The position numbers were made by a program, and so were the translations under genes. From NCBI GenBank assembly GCA_037305845.1, contig CP147778.1:288001-352000 (forward strand): a DNA stretch of 64,000 nt. The letters run 5' to 3'. The notes under the pieces were generated by a model. The model did not search any database. It was not told the origin of the DNA and worked only from the letters and a program-made list of their open reading frames with translations. The DNA is from Candidatus Freyarchaeum deiterrae. GTDB lineage: Archaea; Asgardarchaeota; Jordiarchaeia; Jordiarchaeales; Jordiarchaeaceae. Position 1 is the first letter of the stretch; each line of letters begins with the position of its first letter. Positions 47,279-57,182 of this stretch are shown in pieces.

Positions 47279-50200
47279 ATGTCTTCATGGGAAGAAACTC
47301 TAAAGGAAATAGGAATAACGGGCGAACAGGCTCAGGTTTACGCTGTCTGTGTTGGGCTGGGAGCGAAAACGGCATCAGAATTGGCTGTTTACACAGGACT
47401 ATCTATTCCAGCTGTTTCAGAGGAACTTGAAAAATTGCAGACAATGGGTGTGATCAAAAAAATACCGGGCAAAATAGATTTCTATATTGCTTTGACACCC
47501 AGGATAGCCCTCACTGGAATGGTTGCTGACACTCTACAAAAAAAACTTGAAAATTTGAAAAGCAACATCATGACGAGTACAAATAACGCGATTGATAGCC
47601 TAAATCAAAGCGTTGCCACACTCAAAAGTAAACTAAATGAAGGCTTGTCAAACTATCTGGGGGAGGTTAAAGAGGGCAGTTCCCAGATAGTAGCTCAGCT
47701 TCTCGGCTCAACCAGCGAATCTGTGGAGAATTTTAAATCCGAAGCGAATCAACAATCCCAGAGCGTTGAGGGGTACCTGCAGCAAATGCTTAACCTTCAT
47801 GAGAAGGACTCCAAGGAAACCATAAAAAATCTAGTTGAAGCGAGTACCGAGTCGGTGAGTACGTTCCGGAGTGACATACAGGAAGTAAAAGACACCTCTG
47901 AGAGTGTGCTGAAAGATTTCATTGAACAGACGCGAATCTCCATAACTGATTTTCAGGAAAAGTTGGAAGCTGCTGTGAATGATGCTGTTAAAACAATAGA
48001 ATCAAGAGCCGAGGATGTGTCGGGTAGAGCGATTTCTGAAGTTACTTCGCTTTTCTCGGATCTCGACTACGCTTTTGACCAGTCGGTAAAAGAAATTAAT
48101 GAGATTGACCTGCAGCCACTGGCAACCATTAATGAGAATGCCATAGAGATTTCCAAGACTGCCATATCGGGCATGTCGGAACTCATGGATGAATTGGGAC
48201 CTCTAACCGAGACTCAAATCACAAATATTCAGAGTATGAAAGAAGCATTTTTGAAGGACTTTAATAAAACTCTTGAAGCTAATCGAAAAAAACTAGTCGG
48301 TTTTATGGACGAGATTGAGGGAGCTCTTGATACTCAAACTATAAAGATTAGAGATTTAATACTTGAAAATCTCACGCGTTTACAAACAGAGACCTCCCAA
48401 GTAATGGAGAGGTACACGGAAAAAATAACTGAAGTTGGTGAAACCTCAAAAAACGCGATTGAGCAGGTGAAGATAAACCTAAGCATCCAGGAAGAATTAA
48501 ACACGCAGGAAAACCAGTTGAAAACATCTTTGGAGGAAGAGGTTCAAAAAGCGGAAAGCGAACTGAAAACGAAACTAGCAGAAATAGATGAGGAAAGCAA
48601 CTCCCTAAAGCAGAGAATAGGGAGCATAAAAGATAAAGCTATTCAAGATTCTAGAAACAGCTTGGGGTCACTTCTTAAAAAAATAAACAAAGCGATGAAG
48701 AAACATTTAGATGACTTTGTATCCAGCTTCAATTCCGAATCTTTAACTCTTAAAAGAAATCTATCCGCTAATTTTAACGACAGCGTCGCCGTCCAAAAAA
48801 GCAAAATGACCAGTTTTGAAGAAACCTTCACAACAGCGCTAAACAAGATGCTAGACATTATTCAGTTCATTGAAGACAAGTCCGGCGATAAGAAAAAACT
48901 TTCACTGGGAAAAGAGGAAACAGAAGAACTCCTAAACAAAGTTACCTCCAGCAAAAATGAAATCACGGAATTGAAAAAGGAACTGAGAAACTCTGTAAAT
49001 GACCTTAATGAAAACATCAATAAGGTGTCCACAATCATTCTCGACGCACTCGACAAAAGCTTAACATACATCGGTGAATCCTTCGCAAAAAAAACCGAAA
49101 AACTCGTCCAATCAATACAGGAAGAAGATACCAAATCAAAGGAAATCGCCAGTAAAGTAAAAGAGAGCCCCGTTAAAACAAAAGAAAGTGCTGTTAAGGG
49201 CACCGGAGACATAGGAGAAAGTGCGATAGTCTCCGAAATAACAAGCTTCAAGACCATAAATGAAAAAAGCTTGATTACGTTCCACTCGGAGGTTGAGACA
49301 CAAATCGATAAGCAACTCCCCGAGATGGAGAAGATTATAACCGACGCCGTCGGCCAAGTTACAAGCACCAAGGACAGTTGCTTAACAGTATTCGGGTCTA
49401 TTAAAAGCGGAATCGTTGAACAAATAGACAAATCCTCAGAAATTTTAGAAAGTTCCAGGAGCTTGCTTGAAGAAAGTTTAGAAAGCATCAAACAAACACT
49501 GGAAAACACGAGCACAGATACACAGAACATTGTCACTCCGATAAAGGAGAGTGTCAGCAGCCAGACTTTACAACAGTTCGCCGAGGAAAAAACTTCGCTT
49601 GAGGAAAACCTGGAATCGGAAATAAAAGAATCTTATAACGATACTAGACAGAGACTGGAAGACTTTCAATCCAGCGTGAAAGAGAACCTAAACGGCTACT
49701 TAGATAAAGCCAACAAATTAAGAGCAACAGCAGATAAAAACGTGTACTCAAACATTAATAAAGAATTCAAAGATTTAACAAAACAACTCGAGGAACAAAA
49801 AGAAAAACTAGAGGAGACTCTAACCAAAAGCAAAGATGAGATAGAAGAAAAACACAGCAAAGTGCAAAAGGGAGCGGAAGAGGTAACTTCAACCCTTGGG
49901 CGAGACCTACCCAGCTATGTGGAGAAAATAAAATACGACCTACTTTCCACCATGGATAGGCATAGCAGGGAGAGCAGAGACTCTGCGGAAGTCAAACTGG
50001 ACAGCCTTGCCGCTATCACAGACAAGCCCTTCTCAAACATAGAAAGCAAACTCCTAGACTTCGATAGAAAATTGGGCTTGTTATTCGAAAAACGCCACTC
50101 CGAACTCAAATCCAAAACCTACGAAGCCCTCGAAAGCCTAAAAGACAGCCACAATGCATTCGAAGAAAGCTTGAACAGCCTATACTCAAGCATGGAACAG

Positions 50201-50809
50201 ACGCTAAACCAAAAAGTAGAAGAAACAGTCTCAAAGCATCAAGAAGACACCAGCAATACCATAAACACCACCACCACAAGTATTGAGGAAAATGAGACGG
50301 GTTCAATTCAGGCTCTAAACACGTTCACGGGGGAAATCCCGGAGAGAATAGGTGATGCCATAACCAGTACTCAGGACACTCTAAAACTCATAACCCAAAT
50401 AATGAAACTATCCGAAGAAATAGAACCCAAACCCTTCGAAGACACCGAGAGAGTGGTCGGAAGAGAACAAATACTAAACCTGCTAAAAACATTTATTAAA
50501 AACACAAAGAGCACCATAACCATCCTCACCCCTACCGTAGATGACATACCCATAGATGATCTGAAACAGATACCAAGGCAGAGAGTAACAGTAATCACGG
50601 ACGCCGAGGGAAAAGCCCCACCGATGCCTGGCCACGTCCAGCTCAAACACAACCCTGGAAACGTATACGCCTTCAACCGGGACAGTGAAGAAATGATACT
50701 AGCAGTAGCCACACCGGAACCACTGGGAATATACACCATAAACATGGAGCTAATCAAACTACTAAACCAGATATTACAAGATGTGTCCGCAAGAGCTAAA
50801 AAAATATAG
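47279..50809 (+). CDS. TrmB-family protein: N-terminal wHTH, ~960-aa helical insert, C-terminal PLD-like (non-HKD) domain
   Basis: LKEIGITGEQAQVY...TASELAVYTGLS...LEKLQTMGVI...YIALTP; C-terminal VVGREQILNLLKTFIKNTKSTITILTP...RDSEEMILAV. Confidence 0.8.
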   Translation: MSSWEETLKEIGITGEQAQVYAVCVGLGAKTASELAVYTGLSIPAVSEELEKLQTMGVIKKIPGKIDFYIALTPRIALTGMVADTLQKKLENLKSNIMTSTNNAIDSLNQSVATLKSKLNEGLSNYLGEVKEGSSQIVAQLLGSTSESVENFKSEANQQSQSVEGYLQQMLNLHEKDSKETIKNLVEASTESVSTFRSDIQEVKDTSESVLKDFIEQTRISITDFQEKLEAAVNDAVKTIESRAEDVSGRAISEVTSLFSDLDYAFDQSVKEINEIDLQPLATINENAIEISKTAISGMSELMDELGPLTETQITNIQSMKEAFLKDFNKTLEANRKKLVGFMDEIEGALDTQTIKIRDLILENLTRLQTETSQVMERYTEKITEVGETSKNAIEQVKINLSIQEELNTQENQLKTSLEEEVQKAESELKTKLAEIDEESNSLKQRIGSIKDKAIQDSRNSLGSLLKKINKAMKKHLDDFVSSFNSESLTLKRNLSANFNDSVAVQKSKMTSFEETFTTALNKMLDIIQFIEDKSGDKKKLSLGKEETEELLNKVTSSKNEITELKKELRNSVNDLNENINKVSTIILDALDKSLTYIGESFAKKTEKLVQSIQEEDTKSKEIASKVKESPVKTKESAVKGTGDIGESAIVSEITSFKTINEKSLITFHSEVETQIDKQLPEMEKIITDAVGQVTSTKDSCLTVFGSIKSGIVEQIDKSSEILESSRSLLEESLESIKQTLENTSTDTQNIVTPIKESVSSQTLQQFAEEKTSLEENLESEIKESYNDTRQRLEDFQSSVKENLNGYLDKANKLRATADKNVYSNINKEFKDLTKQLEEQKEKLEETLTKSKDEIEEKHSKVQKGAEEVTSTLGRDLPSYVEKIKYDLLSTMDRHSRESRDSAEVKLDSLAAITDKPFSNIESKLLDFDRKLGLLFEKRHSELKSKTYEALESLKDSHNAFEESLNSLYSSMEQTLNQKVEETVSKHQEDTSNTINTTTTSIEENETGSIQALNTFTGEIPERIGDAITSTQDTLKLITQIMKLSEEIEPKPFEDTERVVGREQILNLLKTFIKNTKSTITILTPTVDDIPIDDLKQIPRQRVTVITDAEGKAPPMPGHVQLKHNPGNVYAFNRDSEEMILAVATPEPLGIYTINMELIKLLNQILQDVSARAKKI

Positions 50810-51013
50810 ACATAACATTTCAATTTTAACTTTTTTTCATTATACCCATTAGCTTGAATTTTTCTGCTAAAGCTAAGCTCATGAAATTAAAAGAAATAAC
50901 TCAAATTTTAGAGAGACTGCCTTTTTTTATTGCTTTTGTTTTTTTTAATTAACCATAAAGAATTAAAGGGTGCATGTCGCAGTTCCATTCTCTAGTTATA
51001 GAATATTTTCAAA

Positions 51014-52231
51014 TTGAAACAGCTTCAAAAGATGGATATCAAAATGGGAATGCGAAGCTCACGGAGTAGAAAAACTAGGAAGAAGATGGTTACCGAGCAA
51101 AAAGAGGCCTCCGCGGTCTCTATGCTTAAGCCTAACGCCATAATGTTTTTTACTAATGTTTCCATAGGAATTGGTCAAATCATTCTTCCTCTATTTGCTA
51201 AGGATCTGGGAGCCTCAGACACCCTGCTAGGCATTATCGGTGCGGGGTATGGGTTGGCTCTGCTCGTTTCCTCATACATTTTTGGCTGGGCTGCCGATGT
51301 CACCGGGAGAAGGGTTCTCTTACTGGCTGGCTTGCTGAGTTCTGCGGTAATGTACGGTATGCAGTTTTTGGTTCCCAATGGGAACTTTTTGTTTATAACT
51401 TGGTCTCTGGCGGGTTTTTGTGTAGGAATTTATCCTCAAGCCTTGATAGCTTACGGCTATGAACTGAAGAGAAAAATGGGTACATTTGTATCATATGGTT
51501 CTCTGGGCTGGGGTTTGGGAAACCTTATTGCGGGAATTATTGCCATTTACCTGGATGTATTCATCTTAGCGGGTTTATTCTTCTTATTAGGGTTTGTAGT
51601 TGCACTCAGAATGCCGATTACCGATGTTAGACTCAAGGTACCCTTGTTTCCCAAACACGTAATTAAGAGAAATGTATCAATTTATATAGCATTTTTCCTG
51701 AGACACACGGGCGCTTATGCCGCGTGGATTATTTTCCCCCTCTTCTTAAGGCAGCTGGGTGCAAACGATGTATGGATAGGTGTACTGTACGCAATAAATT
51801 CCTTCGGCCAATTCTTTATGATGAGACCCTTAGATAGGTTCAGAAGCGTGTCATTGGTTATAGGTGGGCTTTCATTCTCCGCATTGACATTCTCCCTATA
51901 CTTCTTTGCACAAAACGTTTGGCAAGTAATTCCCATTCAGCTAGTTCTAGCCCTCTCATGGTCTCTACTTTATATCGGCTCTCTAAAATTCGTAGCCGAA
52001 AGCGGGATTGAGAGAGGAACGTCAGTAGGTTTACTCAATCTGACCATCAGCCTCTCAACAGTTATCGGGCCCCTAATAGGAGGAGTCATCAGCCAACTGT
52101 GGGGATTCAGATACACTATGCTCTTCGCTCTGGCCCTAACTCTCGCTGGTTTATTATTTTTCACACTCTATCTAAGACACAGCAATAACAACACTCAAGA
52201 ACCACAAAATAAAAAGAATAAAAAATTGTAA
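51014..52231 (+). CDS. MFS transporter
   Basis: About 12 TM segments; motif A GWAADVTGRR. Confidence 0.9.
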   Translation: MKQLQKMDIKMGMRSSRSRKTRKKMVTEQKEASAVSMLKPNAIMFFTNVSIGIGQIILPLFAKDLGASDTLLGIIGAGYGLALLVSSYIFGWAADVTGRRVLLLAGLLSSAVMYGMQFLVPNGNFLFITWSLAGFCVGIYPQALIAYGYELKRKMGTFVSYGSLGWGLGNLIAGIIAIYLDVFILAGLFFLLGFVVALRMPITDVRLKVPLFPKHVIKRNVSIYIAFFLRHTGAYAAWIIFPLFLRQLGANDVWIGVLYAINSFGQFFMMRPLDRFRSVSLVIGGLSFSALTFSLYFFAQNVWQVIPIQLVLALSWSLLYIGSLKFVAESGIERGTSVGLLNLTISLSTVIGPLIGGVISQLWGFRYTMLFALALTLAGLLFFTLYLRHSNNNTQEPQNKKNKKL

Positions 52232-52302
52232 GAACCTCTAATGAAACTCCTTTTTAAAAAGCAGCTCATCACGATTTATTCACTTGACAGTTTTATTTAT
52301 TT

Positions 52303-52758
52303 TCAGATCTTGGTCGAAATGCTTTTACCGAACTCCTCAGCTTTGGCAAGTTCACCTTCAACAAGTGGACCCTTCGAAAACCCCTTGATTTGCGTTGTTA
52401 AACCCGGAGCAACCAGTTTTAGCCCTGGAATTTTTCCTCGAATCTGTTTCTCCATTTTTTGAACAGCTCTGAGGTCATTTCTCGCGTGTGTGTCGAAAAC
52501 AGCGCCTGCTTTTCCTTTCAAATCAAGCTTTTCTAACTTTTTCAGGAAATTCTTGATGTCTCCCACCGGTCCTCCCCCGTTATTTGGGGAACCAATAATT
52601 AACGCATCATATTCTAAAGCTTCTTCGGGTTTAGTTTCCTTAACGTCCTTGACTGCAGCCTCTGCCTTTTTCGTTGTATTAATACCCTTGGCTATTGCCT
52701 CTGCTACTGCTTTGGTGTTCCCGTACCTGCTCCAATAAACTACCAATGCTTTTGGCAA
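52303..52758 (-). CDS. Flavodoxin, copy 1
   Basis: YWSRYGNTKAVAE, IIGSP, AVFDT. Confidence 0.9.
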   Translation of the reverse strand: MPKALVVYWSRYGNTKAVAEAIAKGINTTKKAEAAVKDVKETKPEEALEYDALIIGSPNNGGGPVGDIKNFLKKLEKLDLKGKAGAVFDTHARNDLRAVQKMEKQIRGKIPGLKLVAPGLTTQIKGFSKGPLVEGELAKAEEFGKSISTKI

Positions 52759-53032
52759 AATATCAAACGCTCCACCAATAATTTTCTGATACTATTTTAT
52801 TTAACCTATTTTGTAATTATCCGCTCCTTAAACCAGAAGATTAAATGTATTTTATTGTTTAATGGGTGCATGAAATATTAATTTTTATTCGTTGACAGTG
52901 ACCAGCCAAACAATCGAAATTATAAAAAAAATAGGTTATAGGGAGTTACTACTTAGATTGTAATGAACTCCAATGAAACTCTTTTGGGAAATAGCTCATC
53001 ACGATTTATTCGCTTAACAGTTTTATTTATTT

Positions 53033-53497
53033 TCAGATCTTGGCCGAAATGCTTTTACCGAACTCTTCAGCTTTGGCAAGTTCTCCTTCAACAAGTGGAC
53101 CCTTCATAATTCCCTTGGCCTCTCCTCCAAAACCCGGAGCCACCAGTTTTAAACCCGGAATTTTTCCCCGAATCTGTCTCTCCATTTTTTGAATAGCTCT
53201 AAGATTACTTTGTCCCGGACCACTGTGTGTGTCGAAAACAGCGCCTTTTTTTCCTTTCAGATTAAGCTTTTCTAATTTTTTCAGGAAATTCTTGATGTCT
53301 CCAACCGGTCCTCCACCGTGGTTTGCAGAACCAATAATTAGCGCATCGTAGTCTAAAACCTCTTCGGGTTTAGTAATCTTAACGTCCTTGACTACAGCCT
53401 CTGCCTTTTTCGTTGCATTAATACCCTTGGCTATTGCTTCTGCTACTGCTTTGGTGTTTCCCGTCTTGCTCCAATAAACTACCAATGCTTTTGGCAA
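53033..53497 (-). CDS. Flavodoxin, copy 2
   Basis: YWSKTGNT; near-identical to copy 1. Confidence 0.9.
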   Translation of the reverse strand: MPKALVVYWSKTGNTKAVAEAIAKGINATKKAEAVVKDVKITKPEEVLDYDALIIGSANHGGGPVGDIKNFLKKLEKLNLKGKKGAVFDTHSGPGQSNLRAIQKMERQIRGKIPGLKLVAPGFGGEAKGIMKGPLVEGELAKAEEFGKSISAKI

Positions 53498-53765
53498 AAT
53501 ATCAAACGCTCCTTCAATAACTTTCTGCTACTATTACACAATTTTGTGATTACCCTCTCCCTAAATTAGGAGATTAAACTTATTTTATTATTTTATAGGT
53601 ACATGAAATATTAATATTTATTCTTTGGCAGTGACCAGCTAAACAATCAAAAATATCAAAAAAATATGTTATAGGGAGTTACTGCTTGAATTGTAGTGAA
53701 CTCCAATGAAACTCTTTTGGGAAATAGCCCATCACGATTTATTCGCTTAACCGTGTTATTTATTT

Positions 53766-54221
53766 TCAGATCTTGGTCGAAATGCTTTTTCCGAACTCCT
53801 CAGCTTTCGCAAGTTCACTCTCAGCAATTGGACCCTGCATTCCCTCAACCTGCAATGCTAAGCTTGGGGCAACTAGTTTTAGGCCTGAAATTTTTTCCTG
53901 TATCTGTTTCTCCATTTTTTGCCCGACTTTAAGGTCGTTTTTATTATGTGTATCAAAAACGGCGCATGCTTTTCCTTTCAAATTAAGCTTTTCTAATTTT
54001 TTCAGGAAATTCTTGATGTCTCCAACCGGTCCTCCCATGTGATTTGCCGAACCAATAATTAACGCATCGTAGTCTAAAACCTCTTCTGGTTTAGTATCTT
54101 TAACATTCTTTACTACTACCTCTACCTTTTTTGCTGCCTTTATTATCCCTTTGGCTATTGAATCTGCCACTTTTTTGGTGTTTCCGTACCTACTCCAATA
54201 GACAATTAAAACTTTTGACAA
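53766..54221 (-). CDS. Flavodoxin, copy 3
   Basis: YWSRYGNT; TTG at 54221 aligns with the starts of copies 1 and 2. Confidence 0.9.
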   Translation of the reverse strand: MSKVLIVYWSRYGNTKKVADSIAKGIIKAAKKVEVVVKNVKDTKPEEVLDYDALIIGSANHMGGPVGDIKNFLKKLEKLNLKGKACAVFDTHNKNDLKVGQKMEKQIQEKISGLKLVAPSLALQVEGMQGPIAESELAKAEEFGKSISTKI

Positions 54222-54541
54222 AATCACATCACTCCCCAAATAGACTTTTAGTATCTTCTTATTCAATCGTACAAATATCTTTTACTCTAATCTAAGCGCA
54301 AGATTAAATATCTTTAGGAAACAAGGAATAATGGAAGTATGGAAGAACTTACCTAAGATTTTCTCACTCTCAAGAATAATTCACTCTCCGTGTTTTAGGA
54401 GGGGTCTCTCAAGGATCTTCCACTTTGCGTGAGCCTAGAGCCAACCTAGAGAAGGCTACGCGTCTCGTATAACTTTCGGCTTTAGGCCATAGAAAAGGTA
54501 ATAGGGGAATTAAAGAAGAAATAAGAAATGAGGGAGCGAAA

Positions 54542-55642
54542 ATGTGTGCAGCACAACAGCCAAGGGATTACACTAAAGAACCAGACATTGTAAAGAAAAT
54601 AGTGGACGGTTTACATCCAGAAAGAATGTATCTGAAAGTGAAAGAAATAATTGAAGAGACGCCGAGCACGAAAACCTTTAGGATGGTGCCAACCAAGGGA
54701 AAGTTACCACCCTTTAGAGCCGGCCAGTACGTTAACCTATTTGTAAATATAGAAGGAGTACTCACCAGTAGACCCTACAGCATATCCTCATCGCCCACCA
54801 AGACGGAATACATCGACCTCACAGTACGTAGAAAGCAGAACGGCTTCGTATCCAACTATCTCATGGACAAGGTAAGAGTGGGTGATGAGTTTGAAACCAC
54901 AGGACCCATGGGGCAGTTCTATTACGAGCCTCTTACTGATGGAAAAAATTTGGTATTCCTCGCTGGTGGAAGTGGGGTAACTCCCTTCATGAGCATCATC
55001 AGAGAAGTGGTGGATCGAAAACTAGATTTTAACATCTGGTTGATTTACGGAAGCCGTGTTCCCAGCGACGTAATCTTCCTCAAGGAACTGGAAAAAATTG
55101 CTAAAAAGTATAAAAACACTCATTTCACGGTTGTGATTTCAGAGCCTCCAGATGGTTACACGGGAGTATGCGGCTTCTTGGAGAGGGGAATCATCTTGAG
55201 TCAAATAGGCCAAGCTGAAGGCAAGACATTCTACATGTGTGGACCGCGGGTGATGTACACCTTCTGCGAAAGTGAATTAGCCAGTCTAAAACTGCCCAGA
55301 AGAAGATTCAAGCGTGAATCTTACGGTCCCCCAGACGATGTAACCATGGAGCCAGACTGGCCTTCTGGTCTCTCAGGTGACAAACAGTTCACTGTGGAAG
55401 TAGTTGGTAAAAAGACCTTTGAGGCACGCGCAGGTGAACCCCTAATGAACTCCTTGGAAAGGGAGGGTGTAGTTATTCCAGCAGTTTGCCGCTCTGGAGT
55501 TTGCACAACTTGTCGCACCAAGCTGGTTTCAGGAAAGGTTTTCATGCCAAGCACGGTAACACTGTTAGAGGCTGACCGCAAATTCGGCTACATTCATCCG
55601 TGCATGGCCTACCCAATCTCGGATATAAAAATTCGAATCTAG
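54542..55642 (+). CDS. FAD/NAD(P)-binding oxidoreductase with C-terminal 2Fe-2S domain (Hcr/PaaE-like)
   Basis: RPYSISS, AGGSGVTP, MCGP, CRSGVCTTC...C. Confidence 0.92.
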   Translation: MCAAQQPRDYTKEPDIVKKIVDGLHPERMYLKVKEIIEETPSTKTFRMVPTKGKLPPFRAGQYVNLFVNIEGVLTSRPYSISSSPTKTEYIDLTVRRKQNGFVSNYLMDKVRVGDEFETTGPMGQFYYEPLTDGKNLVFLAGGSGVTPFMSIIREVVDRKLDFNIWLIYGSRVPSDVIFLKELEKIAKKYKNTHFTVVISEPPDGYTGVCGFLERGIILSQIGQAEGKTFYMCGPRVMYTFCESELASLKLPRRRFKRESYGPPDDVTMEPDWPSGLSGDKQFTVEVVGKKTFEARAGEPLMNSLEREGVVIPAVCRSGVCTTCRTKLVSGKVFMPSTVTLLEADRKFGYIHPCMAYPISDIKIRI

Positions 55643-55825
55643 TTACAGTTGCTGAACTACTTTCTAATTTTTCTTTTGAGGATTGGACTTTAGCCGCGGT
55701 TTTCCTTTTTCTCTAAATTTTTCGGTTTCCACATTGAATCATTTTATAATCCGTCCTGCATATTGAAGCATAAGAAATAAAGGTATTTGATTACTATAAA
55801 TCCACGAAATGGTGGTGAGACTGTT

Positions 55826-57115
55826 TTGGAAGGAGTATTCTTTTCTGATGTTACTGGAATTGATCCCGAAAATCATATAATTTGCACTTATTATGTAGAA
55901 ACTTCTGGCAGTCTTGAGAGTGCTGGAGAAGCCATAGCTGCAGAAGAATCCATAGGAACATGGACTGACATCAAAACTATAAAAGTTGATATTCAGCAGA
56001 GACTCGCAGCTAAGGCTTTCAAATTCGAGGAAAAAGAAAAGGGAACAGGATTAATTAAGATAGCCTTTCCCTTGGAACTTTTCGATTTAGAAAAAGGTGG
56101 CATCCCAAACATAATGAGCATGATTACAGGAAACCTATTCGGCCTTTCAGCATTAAAAAATGTGAGACTGCTTGACGCTGAATTCCCCAAGTCTGTGCTG
56201 ACCTATTTTCCCGGACCGAAATTCGGATTGGAAGGCGTAAGAAAAATCGTAGGTACAAAGGAGAGTAGACGACCTCACCTCGGAACAATAATCAAACCCA
56301 AGGTTGGTCTAAACCCATCAGAAACCGCTGAAGTGGCTTACGAGGCAGCTGTCGGCGGAGTGGACTTCATCAAGGATGATGAAACGCTTGTCTCACAGAG
56401 CTTCTGTCCCTTGGAAGAGAGGCTTTCCAAAGTTATGGAGAAAATTGACCTAGTGAAGGAGGAAACAGGACGCACAGTTTTCTATGCACTGAACATAACC
56501 GGGAACGTGAATACGCTCTATGAGTTTGCGGATTACGCAGTGGAAAACGGAGCAAACATGATTATGCTGGACATCCTGCTCTCCGGCTTAGCCGCATTAC
56601 AGAGACTCGCAGAGGACCCCTCGATAACGGTTCCCCTTCACTGCCACAGAACATTCCACGCAGCCTTCACCAAAAACCCTGTCCACGGAGTCCACATGAA
56701 GGTGATAGGCATGTTAACCAGACTCGCCGGAGGAGACCAGCTTCACAGCGGAACCGCTGCGGGAAAAATGGGGATAGAGGAAGAGACACCTGAAACGTTA
56801 GAAACCAACGCCGCTCTGCTTAAAGAGTGGGGGAACATGAAAACAGTTATGCCTGTAGCTTCGGGTGGAATTCACCCCGCACTGGTTCCCAAAAACCTCG
56901 AAGTACTGGGCACAGACCTCGTCATCAACGCAGGTGGCGGCATCCACGGTCACCCGGACGGAACTAGAGCAGGAGCTGCTGCAATGAGGCAGGCGATAGA
57001 CGCGGTTATGAAAAAAATCCCTCTAGAAAAATACGCAAAGACACACAAAGAACTTCAAAGAGCACTTGAAAAATGGGGATACAGGTACGTAGAAAAACCC
57101 GAATCCATCAAGTAG
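55826..57115 (+). CDS. rbcL: Ribulose-bisphosphate carboxylase large subunit, form III-like
   Basis: EESIGTW, GNLFG, IKPKVGL, DFIKDDE, HCHR, HSGTAAGKM, SGGIHP, GGGIHGHP; SD GGTGGTGA before TTG at 55826. Confidence 0.9.
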   Translation: MEGVFFSDVTGIDPENHIICTYYVETSGSLESAGEAIAAEESIGTWTDIKTIKVDIQQRLAAKAFKFEEKEKGTGLIKIAFPLELFDLEKGGIPNIMSMITGNLFGLSALKNVRLLDAEFPKSVLTYFPGPKFGLEGVRKIVGTKESRRPHLGTIIKPKVGLNPSETAEVAYEAAVGGVDFIKDDETLVSQSFCPLEERLSKVMEKIDLVKEETGRTVFYALNITGNVNTLYEFADYAVENGANMIMLDILLSGLAALQRLAEDPSITVPLHCHRTFHAAFTKNPVHGVHMKVIGMLTRLAGGDQLHSGTAAGKMGIEEETPETLETNAALLKEWGNMKTVMPVASGGIHPALVPKNLEVLGTDLVINAGGGIHGHPDGTRAGAAAMRQAIDAVMKKIPLEKYAKTHKELQRALEKWGYRYVEKPESIK

Positions 57116-57182
57116 CATTAAGGCGCATAAACCCTATTAAAAATTTAGGAATCGAGTTATTTAGAATCAGGATTTAACATTA

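Larger units (their letters stand above)
52240..54221. repeat. ~730-bp tandem triplication including intergenic DNA
   Basis: aatgaaactc...catcacgatttattc...ttatttattttcagatcttgg recurs at ~52240, ~52972 and ~53705. Confidence 0.9.

Noticed and set aside
44965-50809. SMC/Rad50 or methyl-accepting chemotaxis protein assignment for the long helical proteins
   Set aside because: No Walker A/B or signature motifs, no hinge or zinc hook, no MCP hairpin-tip motif and no TM segments.
54330-54500. Relatively GC-rich intergenic patch, possible ncRNA or gene remnant
   Set aside because: I could not support any stable structure, repeat or recognisable reading frame.
55826-57115. Evidence for Calvin-cycle autotrophy
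   Set aside because: Form III-like enzyme, with no small subunit or phosphoribulokinase in the window.
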